Shown: piece by piece, positions 62,611 through 64,000 of the stretch
How positions within the stretch are numbered: position 1 is the first letter of the stretch
How the letters are laid out: each line of letters begins with the position of its first letter
Source of the DNA: Fistulifera solaris
Lineage: Eukaryota
Assembly (NCBI GenBank): GCA_030295235.1
Contig: AP026144.1
Location: 186,001-250,000 of the forward strand
DNA: 64,000 nucleotides
Direction: 5' to 3'
Position numbers and translations under genes: made by a program
The notes under the pieces: generated by a model
Told to the model about the DNA's origin: nothing
Database searches by the model: none
What the model saw: only the letters and a program-made list of their open reading frames with translations

Positions 62611-64000
62611 CTAGTGCTTTACGTTGGACACCAATGACGAACGCAATCTTTTACGAGTTTTTTGCGACAAATCGCGATGAAGGGAGACAGGGAACTCGGA
62701 TTCCTCCGGCGCAGAAATCAAGGCAACATTATTCTCATAATTCATAGCTTGAATGGACTCGCACAACACATCCGTGTGCTGTGACAATAGCACTTGGTTG
62801 GCGCTTGTATTTCTCCCGGCGCTCTCTTTATCAACAATGTAGCAACCAACTTAGGTCGCAACGATGCAGACTCTCGCAACAGAGTGCGTGACTCAATGTA
62901 ACACTTGTTCAACAAGTACAGTCTATCGATACTTGACCCGTCTGAGCACTTGCTGCCAGATCGATCCAGCACGGTGATGTACAGGTTACGAGACAACAAC
63001 AGCTTCAACCGCGAATAATCTGGATCACTCGGGGGTATTATTTCTCAACAGCAAGTGTACGCAGTCCCGGGTGCCACGCAGCTGCTTCAAAGATATGCTG
63101 TACTTGGGTGCTCCAATCAAACGACCAATAACAATTACTCAAATCAAGATGCACCAGCCTCGAATTTGCTTTGATTGCACCGACAAGTGCATTTGTGACA
63201 GCTTCCACTTTCTCAGACACAAATTGGTGCCAAGAGATGATCCCTATGTTCAATTTCTCAAAGTGGCCCAGTTCTGTTACTCGATTCAAAAATGAAACCA
63301 CAAGATCATCCCAGTTGTCGCGATCGTCATCTCCCCCAACATAAATTTTCAAACTGAGATCTTTAGGCGCAATATTCAAAGACTCGAAATCATTTGGATC
63401 AATGGTGTCCGAGTCGATACTGTACTCCAAAGCCTTGGTATTCGCTGAGAACGGAAGAAGTACGTATTCCGCAAAGTCATCGTAGAACGTTGGAAGCGTG
63501 AGCTCTTCCATGCAGCAGTCCAGATGTAACAGCCGTTTCAAGTTTGCGACACTAAATGGCATTCCGTATTCTTCACAGTCGATAAGGGAAAGCGAGCCAA
63601 AAGACAATTTTCGCGTCTAGAGAGCCTCTACGAATGCAGTTCAAAGGTCACTGACTTCAAAACCATCGTGCGCCTCAAATATCTCGCAAAACTTCAGTTC
63701 GATAGGATACGGTCGTGTCGCCAAAACGACAGAATGTTCTTTCGTCCATTCTCCTATCGAGAATGCGAATCATCGCGTCGGGCTTGCATCCATGATGTGG
63801 GCAAGTTCTTCTGCATTAAACTCCTCAGCAAAGTTCTCGTCGGGCATGAAGTTGCTCATGTCGATTTCAACACGGACGTCGTCTCCTTCATTAGAATTGT
63901 TGAGAGAAGCGAGGAGTGCGGCCACTCTGAAGAAGTCGCCTCGCGAGATTACGCCGCTCAGTTGATATTTGCCCGCGTGGACGGTAAAGGGAAGCTTGAG
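62611..64000 (-). pseudogene. Pseudogene of a lineage-expanded LRR-like hypothetical family (5' end outside window)
   Basis: Collinear fragments LATRPYP, SFGSL, IDPNDF, LGHFE.L, L.LS, HPGLRTL, LLSRN..ITV.D, LLSQHTDVLCE. In-frame TAG (63617-63619) and TGA (63641-63643) plus frameshifts. Confidence 0.7.

Overview
Eukaryotic, gene-dense DNA with short GT-AG introns, most consistent with a pennate diatom. The diatom-type 'VGLRCRHC' protein, a bipartite plastid-type signal and a family at the right edge that I recall from Fistulifera-like genomes support this; the taxonomy is inference. About 28 protein genes are supported, including an E2, an NRF-6-like acyltransferase, a CaMK-like kinase, a DHHC palmitoyltransferase, an ABHD-type hydrolase, a UBX protein, a CAAX/Abi protease, an SDR, sterol C24-methyltransferase, a SAM-carrier-like mitochondrial carrier, an AKR, a 2OG oxygenase, ubiquilin, a nucleoredoxin-like protein, two FG-GAP paralogs, a RING E3 and a GDPD. 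There is also one intron-containing tRNA-Pro(CGG) and at least one true pseudogene. Many genes are split by single-base indels, mostly in homopolymer runs, which looks like assembly error and fragments the ORF track. Highlights after rejoining: (1) a ~920 aa TrhO-type rhodanese fused to an RluA-type pseudouridine synthase; (2) a 1232 aa protein with five zf-CXXC-like fingers, a Tudor domain and a divergent SET domain; (3) an SDR / sterol methyltransferase / SAM-carrier trio with a 34-bp repeated motif in the shared promoter, related to a palindromic 52-bp array 11 kb away. No CRISPR array or intact transposon was found.
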